Source: Setoptus koraiensis
Lineage: Eukaryota; Animalia; Arthropoda
DNA: 64,000 nt
Reading direction: 5' to 3'
Assembly (NCBI GenBank): GCA_048013815.1
Contig: CM106586.1
Span: 14,384,001 to 14,448,000, forward strand
The first letter of the stretch is position 1; every line of letters starts with the position of its first letter. Both the position numbers and the translations under genes were made by a program. The notes beneath the pieces are model-generated. The model saw nothing but the letters and a program-made list of their open reading frames with translations. It searched no databases and was not told where the DNA came from. Below, piece by piece: positions 1 through 12,900 of this stretch.

Positions 1-425
1 TATTATTAGGTGTGGTGTTTTTTGTGTTGTGGTGTATGTGGGTGATATGTGGGTGTATGTGAGAATTATTATTATTATTATGTGGTGTTTTGGGTTTGTT
101 GTGGGGTGTATGTGGTTATATGTGGTTATGTGAGAGAGATTATTATTATTATTTTTTTGTTTGTGTGGGTGTATGTGGGTATATGTGGTGTATGTGAGAG
201 AATTATTATTATTATGGTTGGTTTTGGTGTGTGTGTGGGTGTATGTGGGGTGATATGGGTGTATGTGAGAGAGATTATTATTAGTGGGGGGGGGTGTTTT
301 TGTTGTGTGTGGTGTATGTGGGGGTTGATATGTGGGTTTATGTGAGAGAGATTATTATTATTAGGGTGGTGGTGGTTTTTTGTGGTGTGGGTGTATGTGG
401 TGATATGTGGTATGTGAGAGAGAGG
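1..425. repeat. Degenerate ~70-bp tandem repeat (6 copies) with no C on the + strand; probable long-read artefact
   Basis: Unit is roughly (TAT)n-GGTGTGGTGTTTTTTGTGTTGTGGTGTATGTGGGTGATATGTGGGTGTATGTGAGAGA(G)AT. Copies differ by many indels, and most end in TGAGAGA(G)AT, resembling the end of the PacBio SMRTbell adapter. Confidence 0.6.
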
Positions 426-1282
426 GGTGGGCGGGGGGGGGGGGGCGGGGGGTGTGGGGGGCGGGCGCGGGGGGGGCGGGGGGGGGTGGGGGGGTGGGGG
501 CGGGGTTGGGTGGGGGGGGGGGGGTGTGGGGGGGGGGGGCGGGGGGGGGGGTGGGGAGTGGGGGGGGGGTGGGTGGGGGGTGTGGTGTGTGTGTGGGGGG
601 TGGTGGGGTGAGGGGTGTGTGTGGGGGGTGGGGGGGGGGTGGGGGGGGTGTGGGGGGTGTGTGGGGTGTGTGGGGGGGGTGGTGGGAGTGGGGGGGTGGG
701 GGTGTGTGGTGTGGGTGTGTGTGGTGGAGTGGGGTGGGGGGGGGGGGGGGGGGGTGGTGTGGTGGGGTGTGGTGGGGGTGAGGGGGGGAGGGGTGAGTGT
801 GTGGGGTGGGGGTGTGGGGGGGGGGAGGCGTGGTGTGGGGGGGTGGGGGGGGGGGGAGGGGAGGTGGGGAGGGGGGGGTTGGGGGGGGGGGTGGGTGTGG
901 GGTGTGGTGGGGGTGGGGGGGGGGGGGGGGGGGGAGGGAGGGGTGGGGGGGGAGGGCGGGGGGGGGTTGGGGGGGGGGGTGGGGGAGGGGAGGGTGGGGG
1001 TGGGTGGTGGGGGGGGTGGAGGGGGGGTGGGGGTGGGGGGGAGGAGGTGGGAGGGGGTGGAGGGGGGAGGGGGGGTGGTGGGTGGGGGGGGGGGGGGGGG
1101 GGTGGGGTGGGGGGGGGGGGGGTGGGGGGGCGGGGGGGCGGGCGGGGGGTGGGGGGGGGTGGGGGGCGGGGGCGGGGGGGAGGTGGGGGGGGGGTGGTGG
1201 GAGGGTGAGTTGTGGGTGGGGCGGGGGGTAGATGTTGTATTTTTTTTTTTGTTTTTTTTTTATTGTTTTTGTTTTTTGTTTG

Positions 1283-1313
<31 letters not shown>

Positions 1314-1368
1314 TTTTTTTTTTTTTTATTTTTTTTTTTTTTTTTTTTTTTTATTTTTTTTTTTTTCT
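426..1368. other. Poly-G/GT then poly-T low-complexity block, probably unreliable sequence
   Basis: About 800 nt of almost only G/T, then about 140 nt of T runs, abutting a gene mid-domain. The Gly/Val/Trp-rich ORFs here are compositional by-products. Confidence 0.75.
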
Positions 1369-1372
1369 TTGT

Positions 1373-2263
1373 ATAACAGAACGCGGAAGAGAACTAGAAG
1401 GGGTCTTGAAGCAATATAACAAATTTGTCAAGCCGGCCTTCGATCACCATATCGCTCCATCCATGATTCATGCCGATCTTATAGTTCCACGTGGTGGAGA
1501 AAATAAAGTTGCCATAAACTTAATTGTTCGCCACGTTCACACACAGTTACAATCTCGTGGCGTTAAATTAAGATCAAAACTTGTTAATTGCCACATAGAC
1601 CAACCATTGCCAAAGACACTTAAGGTTTTGCATCCAACATCTCAAGTATTAGGAAATCATACAATTATTAGAAATGTTTGCACCAACAGGGATGAATTTA
1701 TTTTCTATTCTAAGCGCCTGATGAGACTACTAACCGAATATACACTATCATTATTAAATTTCAAAGATGTTACAGTTGATACACCCCAGAATGTCAAATA
1801 TCACGGTAAACGCCTCGATTGCAGTAAAGGTATATGCGGAGTTTCTATATTGCGAGCGGGAGAAACTATGGAACAAGCCTTGTGCGATGTTGTTAAAGAT
1901 GTGCGTCTCGGAAAAATTCTAATTCAGACCAACCAAGAATCAGATGAGCCTGAGTTGATATACTTAAGACTGCCAAGAGATATCAAAGAGTACCAAGTTA
2001 TTTTGATGGATGCCACAGTGGCAACCGGTGCAGCTGCTATAATGGCTATCAGGGTGTTACTGGATCACGATGTGCCGGAGGGAAACATATTTCTATGTTC
2101 ATTGTTGATGGCTTTGGCAGGTGTCCACTCCGTTGCCTATGCCTTCCCTCAAGTGAAAATTGTCACATCTCATGTTGATCCCGAAGTAAACGAAAAATTC
2201 CATATAATACCAGGGTTTGGGAACTACGCGGATAGATATTTCGGGACAGAGAAACCAAGATGA
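1373..2263 (+). CDS. UCKL1: Uridine-cytidine kinase-like 1, 3' portion (end of kinase domain plus UPRTase-like domain); 5' part missing
   Basis: [21 protein letters not shown]...[11 protein letters not shown] (uridine kinase C-terminus), then [40 protein letters not shown] (PRPP-binding motif) and [10 protein letters not shown]. Stop TGA at 2261-2263. Confidence 0.92.
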   Translation: MTERGRELEGVLKQYNKFVKPAFDHHIAPSMIHADLIVPRGGENKVAINLIVRHVHTQLQSRGVKLRSKLVNCHIDQPLPKTLKVLHPTSQVLGNHTIIRNVCTNRDEFIFYSKRLMRLLTEYTLSLLNFKDVTVDTPQNVKYHGKRLDCSKGICGVSILRAGETMEQALCDVVKDVRLGKILIQTNQESDEPELIYLRLPRDIKEYQVILMDATVATGAAAIMAIRVLLDHDVPEGNIFLCSLLMALAGVHSVAYAFPQVKIVTSHVDPEVNEKFHIIPGFGNYADRYFGTEKPR

Positions 2264-2958
2264 ATTAATTTATTTTCTTTTATATGCTGAATTTGGTCGA
2301 CTTTTACTTTAATTGTCACCGAAGACATCACCGTCTAATGAGCTTCACGCCACTGAGGACACAGGTATTTTTTGAAAGATATATATATATACATATGTAC
2401 TGTATATTAATCAAAATATGTATTGTATCAATGGTGTGCTATTGTCCAGTTAATCATTAAACTCATCAAACTTGACAAAGCTTCAATTGTTCACTGATTC
2501 TCTTTAAAGTTGAAGGGTCTGAAGCTTTCAAACCAACTAAATATGTAGCATCAATTCATCACCCGGTAGGTGTCTTAACTATTCTCAGACAAATCTGATA
2601 ATACCACCTCTTAGAGCATCACTATACAGCCAAATCTTTTGCTATGTCGTTTCACAGCTCCGAGGTGGTTGCTAACATTATGTAGTAGCAACCGAGGACA
2701 GCACCTCTATGTGCGTCATCAACTCATCAAAGACCATTTCAGCACAGTTGTTTCGTTCGAACGATGTGCAGAGCATCCCATCGAGAGAGAACCTCGATGA
2801 TTTGACGTAATAATGGTACAATTATTTTTGTTTGCATTCTGTTAGTTTTGTGTCCATATTATAACAATGATGCAATGTGAGCGAGTAGTATTTATAGTTG
2901 TATCATCGCCACGCAAATACCCAGGGCAAACAGAGCGAAAGTGCGAGTCGCAACTGAT

Positions 2959-2962
<4 letters not shown>

Positions 2963-3006
<44 letters not shown>
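2963..3006. repeat. (CT)n microsatellite
   Basis: About 22 perfect CT units upstream of RyR. Confidence 0.95.
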
Positions 3007-3011
<5 letters not shown>

Positions 3012-3982
3012 TCCATTATGAACAAGGCGCAGACGTTAGAGGATGCTCCTCTTAGTACCGCTAACATCAGCTGCAGAGTAACTAATAACAAAATAGCAGA
3101 CACAACAGCGACGTAATATCTACTAAACGCTGTCTTGTTGATTAACACTTCCATGCTGCAAAGGCGGGCCTGCCAAGTGATGCCGTTGTTATATCCAAGT
3201 CGCTTGCTGTCACAAATGTTGATTAGCACTGGATATAACTAGTTCCGACCAGGCGAGTTACAGAAATTTTCTAATCTAAAAAATTTGTGTGTCTATGTAT
3301 TGTGTGATGAATTGATACTAAACGTCGCCAAGAGTCTTAGCATTCCTGAGTTCTCAGAACACTATGCGCACTTGAGTTTGATTTTTGTGTGGGGGCCACG
3401 CTTTATTTGTGCCTCACCACACTGTGCCTGTGAGCCTACACGGTGAAACTCATGTAGGCTCCATCCTAGATCGACTAGATGATCTATAAGACGCGGTTAA
3501 AGCGAAGCCGACGAAGAGTAACATTTGCATAACCAAAAGATGCATGTACTAAGAGGCAGGCTATAGCGAAGAAGGAGGACAGCTGAAGCTAGCTGAAACT
3601 TAATTCTTTCTGCTCTCTTCTTCCTCATGCTCAATAACAAAAGATTACTTACTCACTGTATGGCCCACAAAAAATGTTCAGAAATGTTCTCAATCTTCAC
3701 ACAATATCTGCTGCACTTGTGGCGCTTCGAAATGTGGTAACTTGCGCCCTGAGAAACTTTGAGCTATCTGTCTCTCTACATGTACTGTACAGTAGCTTCA
3801 CAGTTAAATGCATTCAGTCTTATGTAACAGACGAACGAATGTATTAGAGAGATAAAAGTTGAAGGTAAATACAATGTCACAATTAGGAGATTATTTATTG
3901 ATACCATTGGAGTAGCTATTATTATCATAATTATTATTGTGAATACAATTATTATTATTATTTATTTATCATTGTTGTTATT

Positions 3983-6900
3983 ATGAGCGAAAATGAGACG
4001 GCCAGCGAACAGGACGACGTTTCGTTCATTCGAACGGACGACATGGTCTGCTTGCAATGTTCGGAAACGGGCGAACGCGTTTGTTTGGCCGCCGAGGGTT
4101 TCGGCAACAGGCACTGCTTCCTGGAGAGCATAGCAAACAAGAATTATCCGCCTGAGATGCCCTCGTGCGTATTCATAATCGAGCAAGCACTATCAGTGAG
4201 GGCCCTACAAGAGATGGTGACTGCGGAAACGAACGATCTAGAGGCGCCTTCTAATTCCACAAATCCAAGCAGCAGCAACACAGGCGGCTCAGGTAACGGT
4301 ACCAGCGGCTCAGGTGGCGAGATGACCAGCGCTGGCGAACAACTGGCTGAGGGAGGCGATCTAAGCTCAAGTAACCAACAGGACGCCTCGACCACATTCA
4401 GTTCGCCATTGGCGGGCAAGGGCGGCGCTAACGACAGCGGGGGCGGCGGAAATCGCACCTTGTTATACGGACACGCAGTTCTATTGCGCCATTTACATAG
4501 TAGCATGTATCTGGCCTGTTTGTCTATATGTTCCTCAAGTGATAAATTGGCCTTTGACGTGGGCCTCAAAGAGGCAAAGCAAGTGGGCGAATCGTGCTGG
4601 TGGACGGTGCATCCGGCTTCGAAGCAGCGTAGCGAAGGCGAAAAGGTTCGCGTTGGCGATGATCTCATTTTAGTCAGTGTAGCCACAGAGCGTTATCTGC
4701 ATTACTCAACGAACAACAACATGATTGCCACACAACAGCAGCAGCAGCAGCAACAGCAGCAACAACAACAAACAACAACAACTACCACGGGCCAATCGGC
4801 ACAACAGCACCACCAACAGCAACAACAGCACCAGCACGGGCCAGCTAGCAGCCACACGAACAACAACAGCAACGAGCAACAGGATCAACAGCCCAGGCTG
4901 CTGTTGCCTGGTCGCAACAACAAGGTGGCCATAGTGAACGCTTCGTTTCATTCGACTCATTGGTCTATAGCGCCCTTCGGAACAGGCCTGTCGCGAATGA
5001 AGAACGTTGGCTCTGTATTCGGTGGACAAGTGTTGCGCTTGTTGCACGGGGGCGACGAATGCCTCACAATATCGGCTAGCCAACAATATTCCTTTAATCA
5101 ATTGCCCGGAGGTGGCGCCACCGACAACATTGCACAACAACAACAACAACAATCTGGAGGGGCGACCGGCACAGCGGTTGTGTCACAGCAGCAGGCGGCC
5201 ATGGCACAGGCCGGCGCTGGTGCGGGCTCTGGTGCTGGCGCTGCTGTGCCCCCACACAACAATGCACAGCAGCACCAACATATCACTGTAATATACGAGG
5301 GGGGCGCAGTGATGAATCAGGCACGCTCGCTGTGGCGGTTAGACTTGATTAGAACGCGCTGGTCGGGCGGCTTCGTGCAATACGGCAACGCGCTGCGAAT
5401 TCGTCACATTATCACGGGCAAATATTTGGGTGTCAACAGTCAGCAACAATTGTGTTTGTTGTCAAAATCGGAGGCGCTCATCGAGAGGACGGCGTTTTGT
5501 TTGCGTCTCACCAAGGACGACAACAAGAGCAACAAGGGCAGCGGCGACAACGGCGAAGACAAGGACGAGGAGGTGATCGGGGTGCCCATGATCAAGTATG
5601 GCGACTCGTCCTTTTTCATCCAGCACATCGACACGCAAATGTGGATATCGTACAGGACCTACGAGACCAAGAAGCGCGGAATAGGCCGCGTGGAGGAGAA
5701 ACAGGCAATATTGTCGGCCGAGGGCAAAATGGACGATTGTTTGGAATTTTCGCGCAGCCAAGAGGAGGAGGCAAAGACGGCCCGAGTGATCAGAAAATGT
5801 GATGCGCTGTTCAATAAATTCATCAAGATATTGGACAATTTGCAGCACGTGGCAAGCAGCAACGCAAATAGACAACAGCAGCAGCAACAGCAGCAACAGC
5901 AGCAATTGCAACAGCAAAATCAATCGGCAACAACAGGTCAGCAGCATCAGCAGTCCGACAGCGCCGGCCAGGACTGGCACCAGCCCTCAGCGAGCCAGCT
6001 CATGAAAAAGAGGCCAAGTGTGGCGGCCGTAATGGCGGCCGCAGCGTACGCCGGCATAACGCCAGCGGGCGCCTCCTCGCCATTGCTGAGCAACATGATG
6101 GATACCATGGACCACTCGCAAGCATCGACAAGCTCAACACTAGATGCCAGCCAGCGGCAACAGCAACAGTTTGCCTATCAGAGGGAGGCATTCCAGGACG
6201 CCATGTTCACTAGCGAGGATCAAAAGGAGATGAGCAAATGCCTAGAGGATCTCATTGATTATTTTGCTCAACCCGAGGAGGGATGCGACCACGAACAAGA
6301 ACAAAATAGATTGCGCGCATTGCGCAACAGACAAGATCTATTCCAAGAGGAGGGTATACTCAATTTAATATTGGACGCCATTGACAAAATTAATCTTATT
6401 TCGGGCCAGGGACTGTTAATATTGTTGCTAGGCGAAGAGTCAAGCTCATCGTGGGACAACATCACTGGTTACTTTTATCAGCTGTTGGCCGCCATCATTC
6501 GTGATAATCACACAAATTGTGCTCAATTTGCTCAAAGTCATCGACTCGATTGGCTATTCTCAAGATTGTCCAGCCAACAAGTGTCAGAGGGAACAGGAAT
6601 GCTAGATGTGTTACATTGCGTTCTCGTTGATTCGCCCGAGGCGCTCAATATGCTCAAAGAATCTCACATTAAGGTGCTCATTTCACTATTGGAGAAACAC
6701 GGCAGAGATCCCAAGGTTCTCAGTGTTTTGTGTTCGTTATGTGTGGGCAACGGTGTCGCCATAAGAAGTAGCCAGAATATCATTACAAATCATTTGTTGC
6801 CAAGCAGAAATCTGTTGCTACAAACAAGACTGGTGGATCATGTTGCCTCAATGAGACCAAATATCTATGTTGCCAAAGTAGATCACAGTGCCATGTATCA

Positions 6901-9900
6901 CAGATGGTATTATGAGGTGATCGTTGATCACATAGAGCTCGTCAACAATTTAAGTCCGCACTTCAGAATAGGATGGGCCTCCACCAAGGGATACTGTCCC
7001 TACCCTGGAAGTGGAACACATTGGGGCGCCAATGGTGTCGGTGATGACTTTTATAGTTTTAGTTTTGACGGCCAATATCTATGGACGGCTGGCAGGCCCA
7101 CTCTGGTCAGAATTCCGCCCGCGGCCACCATGACTAAAAATGAGACCATCAATATGATGAATCAACCCCAAAATCAATATAATCAATATGACCTATATGC
7201 TTCTTACAATAATCAGCAGCCGCAATCTTTGTTAGAGGATTACGCAAATCAGCAACAACAACAAGTATCAGTTAGTGCTACAACGGCGCAAACTTCAGAG
7301 AATGCTCAATCAATAGTTGCTGGACTCACATCTACAGCCAATATTGATCCATTTAAGACATCGCCCTATCTTAGATTGAGAAAGAATGATGTTATTGGTT
7401 GCATGATAGACTTGTCTGTGCCAAGTATGCAATTCACTGTCAACGGAAAACAAATATTTGGATTCTTCAAAAATTTCAATGTCTCAAGCGGCGGACTCTT
7501 CTATCCCGTAGTTTCTTTTTCAGCTAAAGTGTCCTGTAGATATCTGTTCGGAGGAGACCAAGGCGAGCTTATGTTCAGACCACCGACGGGATACTCGCCG
7601 CTTGTCGATGCCCTGATGCCCGATTACAAGGTTATTGTTGAACCGTGTTTCATGTTCGGTGATCTTGGCAAACAGATAATATCCGGACCATTAACAACAC
7701 CTGATTCGTCACAGCAGGCTCTCATGGATCTAATATTTGTGCCTCAAGTTGTTGATACAAATGAAGTGGAAATGCATCCCAGTTTAGACACTCTTGGAGA
7801 TAAATTGGCCGAGAATATGCACGAGCTTTGGTCCATGAGCAGAATAGAGGATGGATGGATATACGGCGAAGAGCACGACGAACAAAGCAGACAGCATCCG
7901 TTCTTGGCGACACTCAGCAGTTTGCCTAATCCTGCCAAGAAGTACAAGCTTGATTTGGCCAAGCAAACATTGAAGACTATATTGGGCCTTGGTTACAAAA
8001 TCTCAACAAGCATACAGAACAGTTCGGATGGAAGAAGCAAGCACAATTCGTCAAGGGTGAAAACGTATAGACTGCCCGATATTCCTTACAAGCAGATCTC
8101 TGGCTACAAACCTGCCCCATTGGATCTAACTGGCTTCGAATTGACACCAAGAATGAATCATTTAGTAGAATTATTGGCGGAAAATATCCACAACATATGG
8201 GCCTCGGAGAAGATCAGTCTTAAGTGGACTTACAAGAGAAGGGACATAGACGAGGATCCCAATAGTGGTAGAAGCAGTCATTTGTTGCCCTACAAGTATG
8301 TCGATGAAGATATCAAAATGAGAAATCGCCAAACAGCCATGGAAACTGTCTTTACAATACTTGCTTATGGGTACCACATTGAACCATTAGCTGGAACTGG
8401 TAGTTTAGAGGGCAGAACTTCAACAGGTTCTCAGTCACAAGACGGCCAGAATCTTGGTCCCTCGTCAGTGGGCAACTCTAGTCCGCTGCCGACAGCTTTA
8501 ACACCAGGCGGTCATCACACACCTAGCCCGATACCTCAGAAATCCATGCTAGATCGTCTATCGGCATCGACACCGCTAGCCTCATCGGGTTATGAGGACA
8601 TATTAAGCAATGCAAATAGTGCAGGATTTAGACATTATAGGGCGGAGAAAACGTACGCTGTTCACAACGGAAAGTGGTATTATGAGGTGGAAATATCAAC
8701 TATTGGCCACATCCAAATTGGCTGGGCCAATTTAAATTTTCAGCCCTACGTAGATAATCTTGGCTGTGATGACAATTCATGGGCCTTCGATTGTCATATC
8801 GGTAGAAAGGTTCACGCATCTAATTACGAGTCTTTCGGTCAAATAGCCTGTGTTGGTGACATTATTGGTTGCATGCTGGATTTGAACGACAGAACAATAA
8901 GTTATTCGCTCAATGGCAAGTTGATGCTAGACTCTTTCGGTAATGAGATGGCTTTCAGCAGCATGGATCTATCTACGCCCACTGATCATCAACAATCGTC
9001 GTTTGTGCCCGCCATAAGTTTGGATGTTGGCCAAAGAGTTCGGCTGGCATTTGGACAGGACGTGGACACATTGAAATATTTCACAGACTATGGATTGCAA
9101 GAGGGCTATCAGCCATTTTGCGTCAACATGCACAGACCGATAACATTATGGTATAACAAAAAAGAGCCTATGTTCATCAATATCGACGACTTAGATCTCA
9201 ACGAAGTGAACATTGACGTCAACAGAATACCGCCAGGTAGCGACTCGCCGCCCGCTCTCAAGATCGCTTACAAGCAATTCGAGTCACAAGAACGAGCCTC
9301 ATGGGAATATTTACGATTATCTCTACCAGTTACCATAGATGCTGAGCTGATTGACGAAGCGGACAAATTGGCCAGATTGCAAGAGATTCAAGCCCATCGA
9401 TTGCGTATGGTGTATAGCAACCTGAGTACCACCGCGGCCAATCGTGGCGGAACAAGGGGAGCGCACGGAGATCCGTTAGTGGGCATGAGACATCCCGCTA
9501 GGTTAGAGCAGCACATGTTGCAATCGGGCTTCAGTATGGCCGACGTGAAGGATCTCCAGAGGGCCTACAGTGAAAATCAGGATAGTGCTAGCCCGGGCAC
9601 GGCCGACACTGCAACAAGTGGCGGATTGATGCACGGTTCGTCCAGCAGACAACAATTGAAACAGAGATCGTCGTCCGCAGATAGACGACAGCATCTGACG
9701 AAAACTAAGAGTGTCGATGAAAGTGGTTCAAGTTCACGTAACGTGAGCCCCAGCTTGGCTGTGCCCAGTTTTGGCGAGGCACAAAAGTTAATGATGTCCA
9801 ATTCGGCCGCACAATCAGGCAGTCATTTATCGCACGGCGATCAGCATCAGGCCGACCAGTCGCAACTAGGTCGTTCAATGAAGCCATCATTGTCTAATAG

Positions 9901-12900
9901 ACGCAACACAGGCTTCACTCTATTGGGAGGCCGATCTTCCACCTCTCTAGAAAACCTGGCCAATTCGCATAACATGAATCGCGCCAATAGCCCAAATCAA
10001 TTCGGTCAGATCAATTCAAAGAATCAACCAGCCAGATCTAAGTCGCCGTTCAAATCAATATTCACCAGCATAAAGCATAAGAGTGGCATCGGCGGACACG
10101 AATCGGGCTTTTCCGGAAGTAGTGCACAACAACAATTGTACGGACGAGGAAGAGCCCAAGAGGTAGGAGACACACGACTGACGGTACCAAAGATATCTGT
10201 TCAAAATGACCAAACTACCATGTCTACGGGCCTCAATCGTAGCGGATCATACTCTAACCTAATTGGCACTAATACGGCTGCACAAACAACCGGCAGCCAT
10301 CAAGCCAACCGTAAGCAGTCTGCCAATATGTCGTCGGGTGGTGATTCTAGTGGACTTGGTATTGTTAGGCGCCTATCTCGCGCCGGTTTGGCCAGCCTGA
10401 GCCCTGGCGGATCGAAGAGCTCGCAGGCTCAGCAACAACAATCTTTGCAACAGTCGCCCCTAACCGTGTCGAACAGTAACACTTTGAGCTTTCTCAACAC
10501 TCTTGATTTGCAACAATTAGACCCAATAACATTGAATATGATAGACGAGTACTATTACGGAGTGAGAATATTCCCCGGACAAGATCCAAACTATGTACTG
10601 TGCGGCTGGGTGACCAGCAACTTCAAGCATCACAGTCTTCAAGATCCAAGAGATGTCCAGCATACACAGATCGTGCAAACCACATCACTGATGACATCTC
10701 AAGCGGAAATTTGCGAACGTCGCGATTGTTACGTCCTGAATGCGGGTCAATTGTACAAGGAACTTAATCCAGAAATTGATGGCTCCACCAACGAAGGCGA
10801 GGGCTCTTCAAGTTCGCGCAGTAACAGAGGTATGATCATTGGATGTCTTGTTGACGTGGCCACTGGTATACTTTCATTCACTGTTGATAACAAAATGACA
10901 CAATACAAAGTTAATTTGGAGCCCCAGACACGCTTATATCCGGCAATTTTCTTCCAAGCTACAACAAGAGATTGTTTACAGTTCGAACTGAGTCGCACAA
11001 ATATGACTCTACCATTGTCTGCGGCCATTCTTAGATTGACAGAGAAGCACTTGCAACCCCAATGTCCGCCTAGATTGAAAGTGCAAACGTTGCGCTCATG
11101 CAGCTGGGCCAGAGTGCCCAATGTCAGCCTCAAGCCAAACGCCATGAAACTGTCGGACATCCGAGGTTGGTCAATGCTGGTGGACGATCCTCTATCAATG
11201 CTGGCAGTTCATATACCCGAAGAAAATCGTTGCGTTGATGTTTTGGAATTGATTGAACACGATAAATTGTTGAGATTTCACAGCAATACTCTGATTTTGT
11301 ATGGGGCCCTGTGTGCTCAAGGCAACCATAAGGTGGCTCACATTATTTGTTCGCATGTAGACCAGCGTCAATCCATATACGCCATCAATTCGGATTATAT
11401 GCCCGGATCGCTTAGACGCGGCTTCGCCGATCTACTCATTGCTCTGCATTTGGAATTTCATGCCTATGGACGACATCTAACTCAAAATGAATTTATTGTG
11501 CCCACCACTTCGGAACTAAATGAGCTCTATCGAGACGATTATAGCGGCCGCTCGGCAACAATGTCACTGACGCACTCGTTTTCGCGAATAGAATGTGTCT
11601 CAATACGAGCAGACATGAAAATGTCACCCATCGGTTTTGATCTGACATTGATCGATCCGTTGGGCGGCGCCAACAGCATAAAATCACTATCGACTCCATA
11701 CTTTCCGGTAAATATATTGAAGAGTTTGGTTTTCCAGGCTTTGGATGAGGCAGTACTAAAGGGCAATCTACCCATAAGAGATTTACCTGGTGGTAGCAAC
11801 GAAAACCTGTTTGTTCCTCTACTCAAACTGGCCGATAAACTACTGCTAATTGGATGTGTAGATAACAAAGAATTGGGCAGGCTGTTGAATCTCATTGATC
11901 CGGAAACATTTGATAAGCAGCTTCTCGCCAGAGTGGCCAATCAACGCACAAAACAGTCATACTCTAGCAATCTTGGCGATGTGCAAACTATTAAAAGCTC
12001 CTCGGCGCTGACATTCCTCTCCATTGGAGCAAACACTCCCTCTTCTATTTGGAAGCCAACAATATTGCAACAACAAATGAGCAGTCATGTACCGCGAAAG
12101 GGTTTGTTGCAGATGAAGCAACTGGACGAACAAGTGAAACTTGTCATTTGTCACATACTGCAACATTTGCTCGACATTCAATTGCGCCATAGAATAGAAT
12201 CCATTATTGCGTTTAGTGTTAATTTAGTAGGTCAATTACAACAAGATCAACGAAGGCGTTATGATGAAATCAAGCAGTCCAATTTACCCTCGCATGTTAC
12301 TGCAAAAAAGACCAGAGAGTTTCGTTGCACGCCCAAAGAACAGATGAGGTATATATTGAATTTCAAGAATGCCGACGATGACAATCAAGATTCTTGCCCA
12401 TCTTCTGATGACCTGAAAACTAGGCTGCGAGGTTTGCATTCCTCTATGATGCGACAAATCAAAGTTATTCTTGAATCAGAGAACGAAGGCGATGATGATC
12501 CGACTTCCAGTGGCAAAAGTGACAGCGGAGATAGTGGAATCGATGTAATGGATGACAGGGCACTGGATCGCGGCGCGGATGCTTCGTACGCCAAACGAAG
12601 AATTGCGGATTCGCAATTTGACTACGACCAAATCGGCGGCCAAGAGGCCCAAGCCAAAAAGAAATCGGGATTATTTTCGTCGCTCAGAAAGCTGAGAAGC
12701 GTGATAAAATTGGTGGAGAAAGCAATGTCACCGGGGGCCGATTTCGGCGATATGATCGACCTTGATTCAGACATGATGCATTTAGGTCAGACTGGACTCA
12801 TTGCAATGTCACATCAGGCCGAAATCAAGTTTGTCAAGCAAATTGTCAGAACTATGATTAAGTGGGCCCAAGAGTCAACTATTGAGAGCAAACAATTGAT

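Noticed and set aside
1-425. Telomeric repeat or CRISPR-like array
   Set aside because: G-rich strand at the 5' end is the wrong orientation, there is no TTAGG unit, and there is no constant-repeat/unique-spacer structure; the context is eukaryotic.
49-1419. Gly/Val/Trp/Phe-rich ORFs (98-330 aa) at the 5' end
   Set aside because: They are translations of poly-G/poly-T sequence that cannot contain many stop codons; probable artefact.
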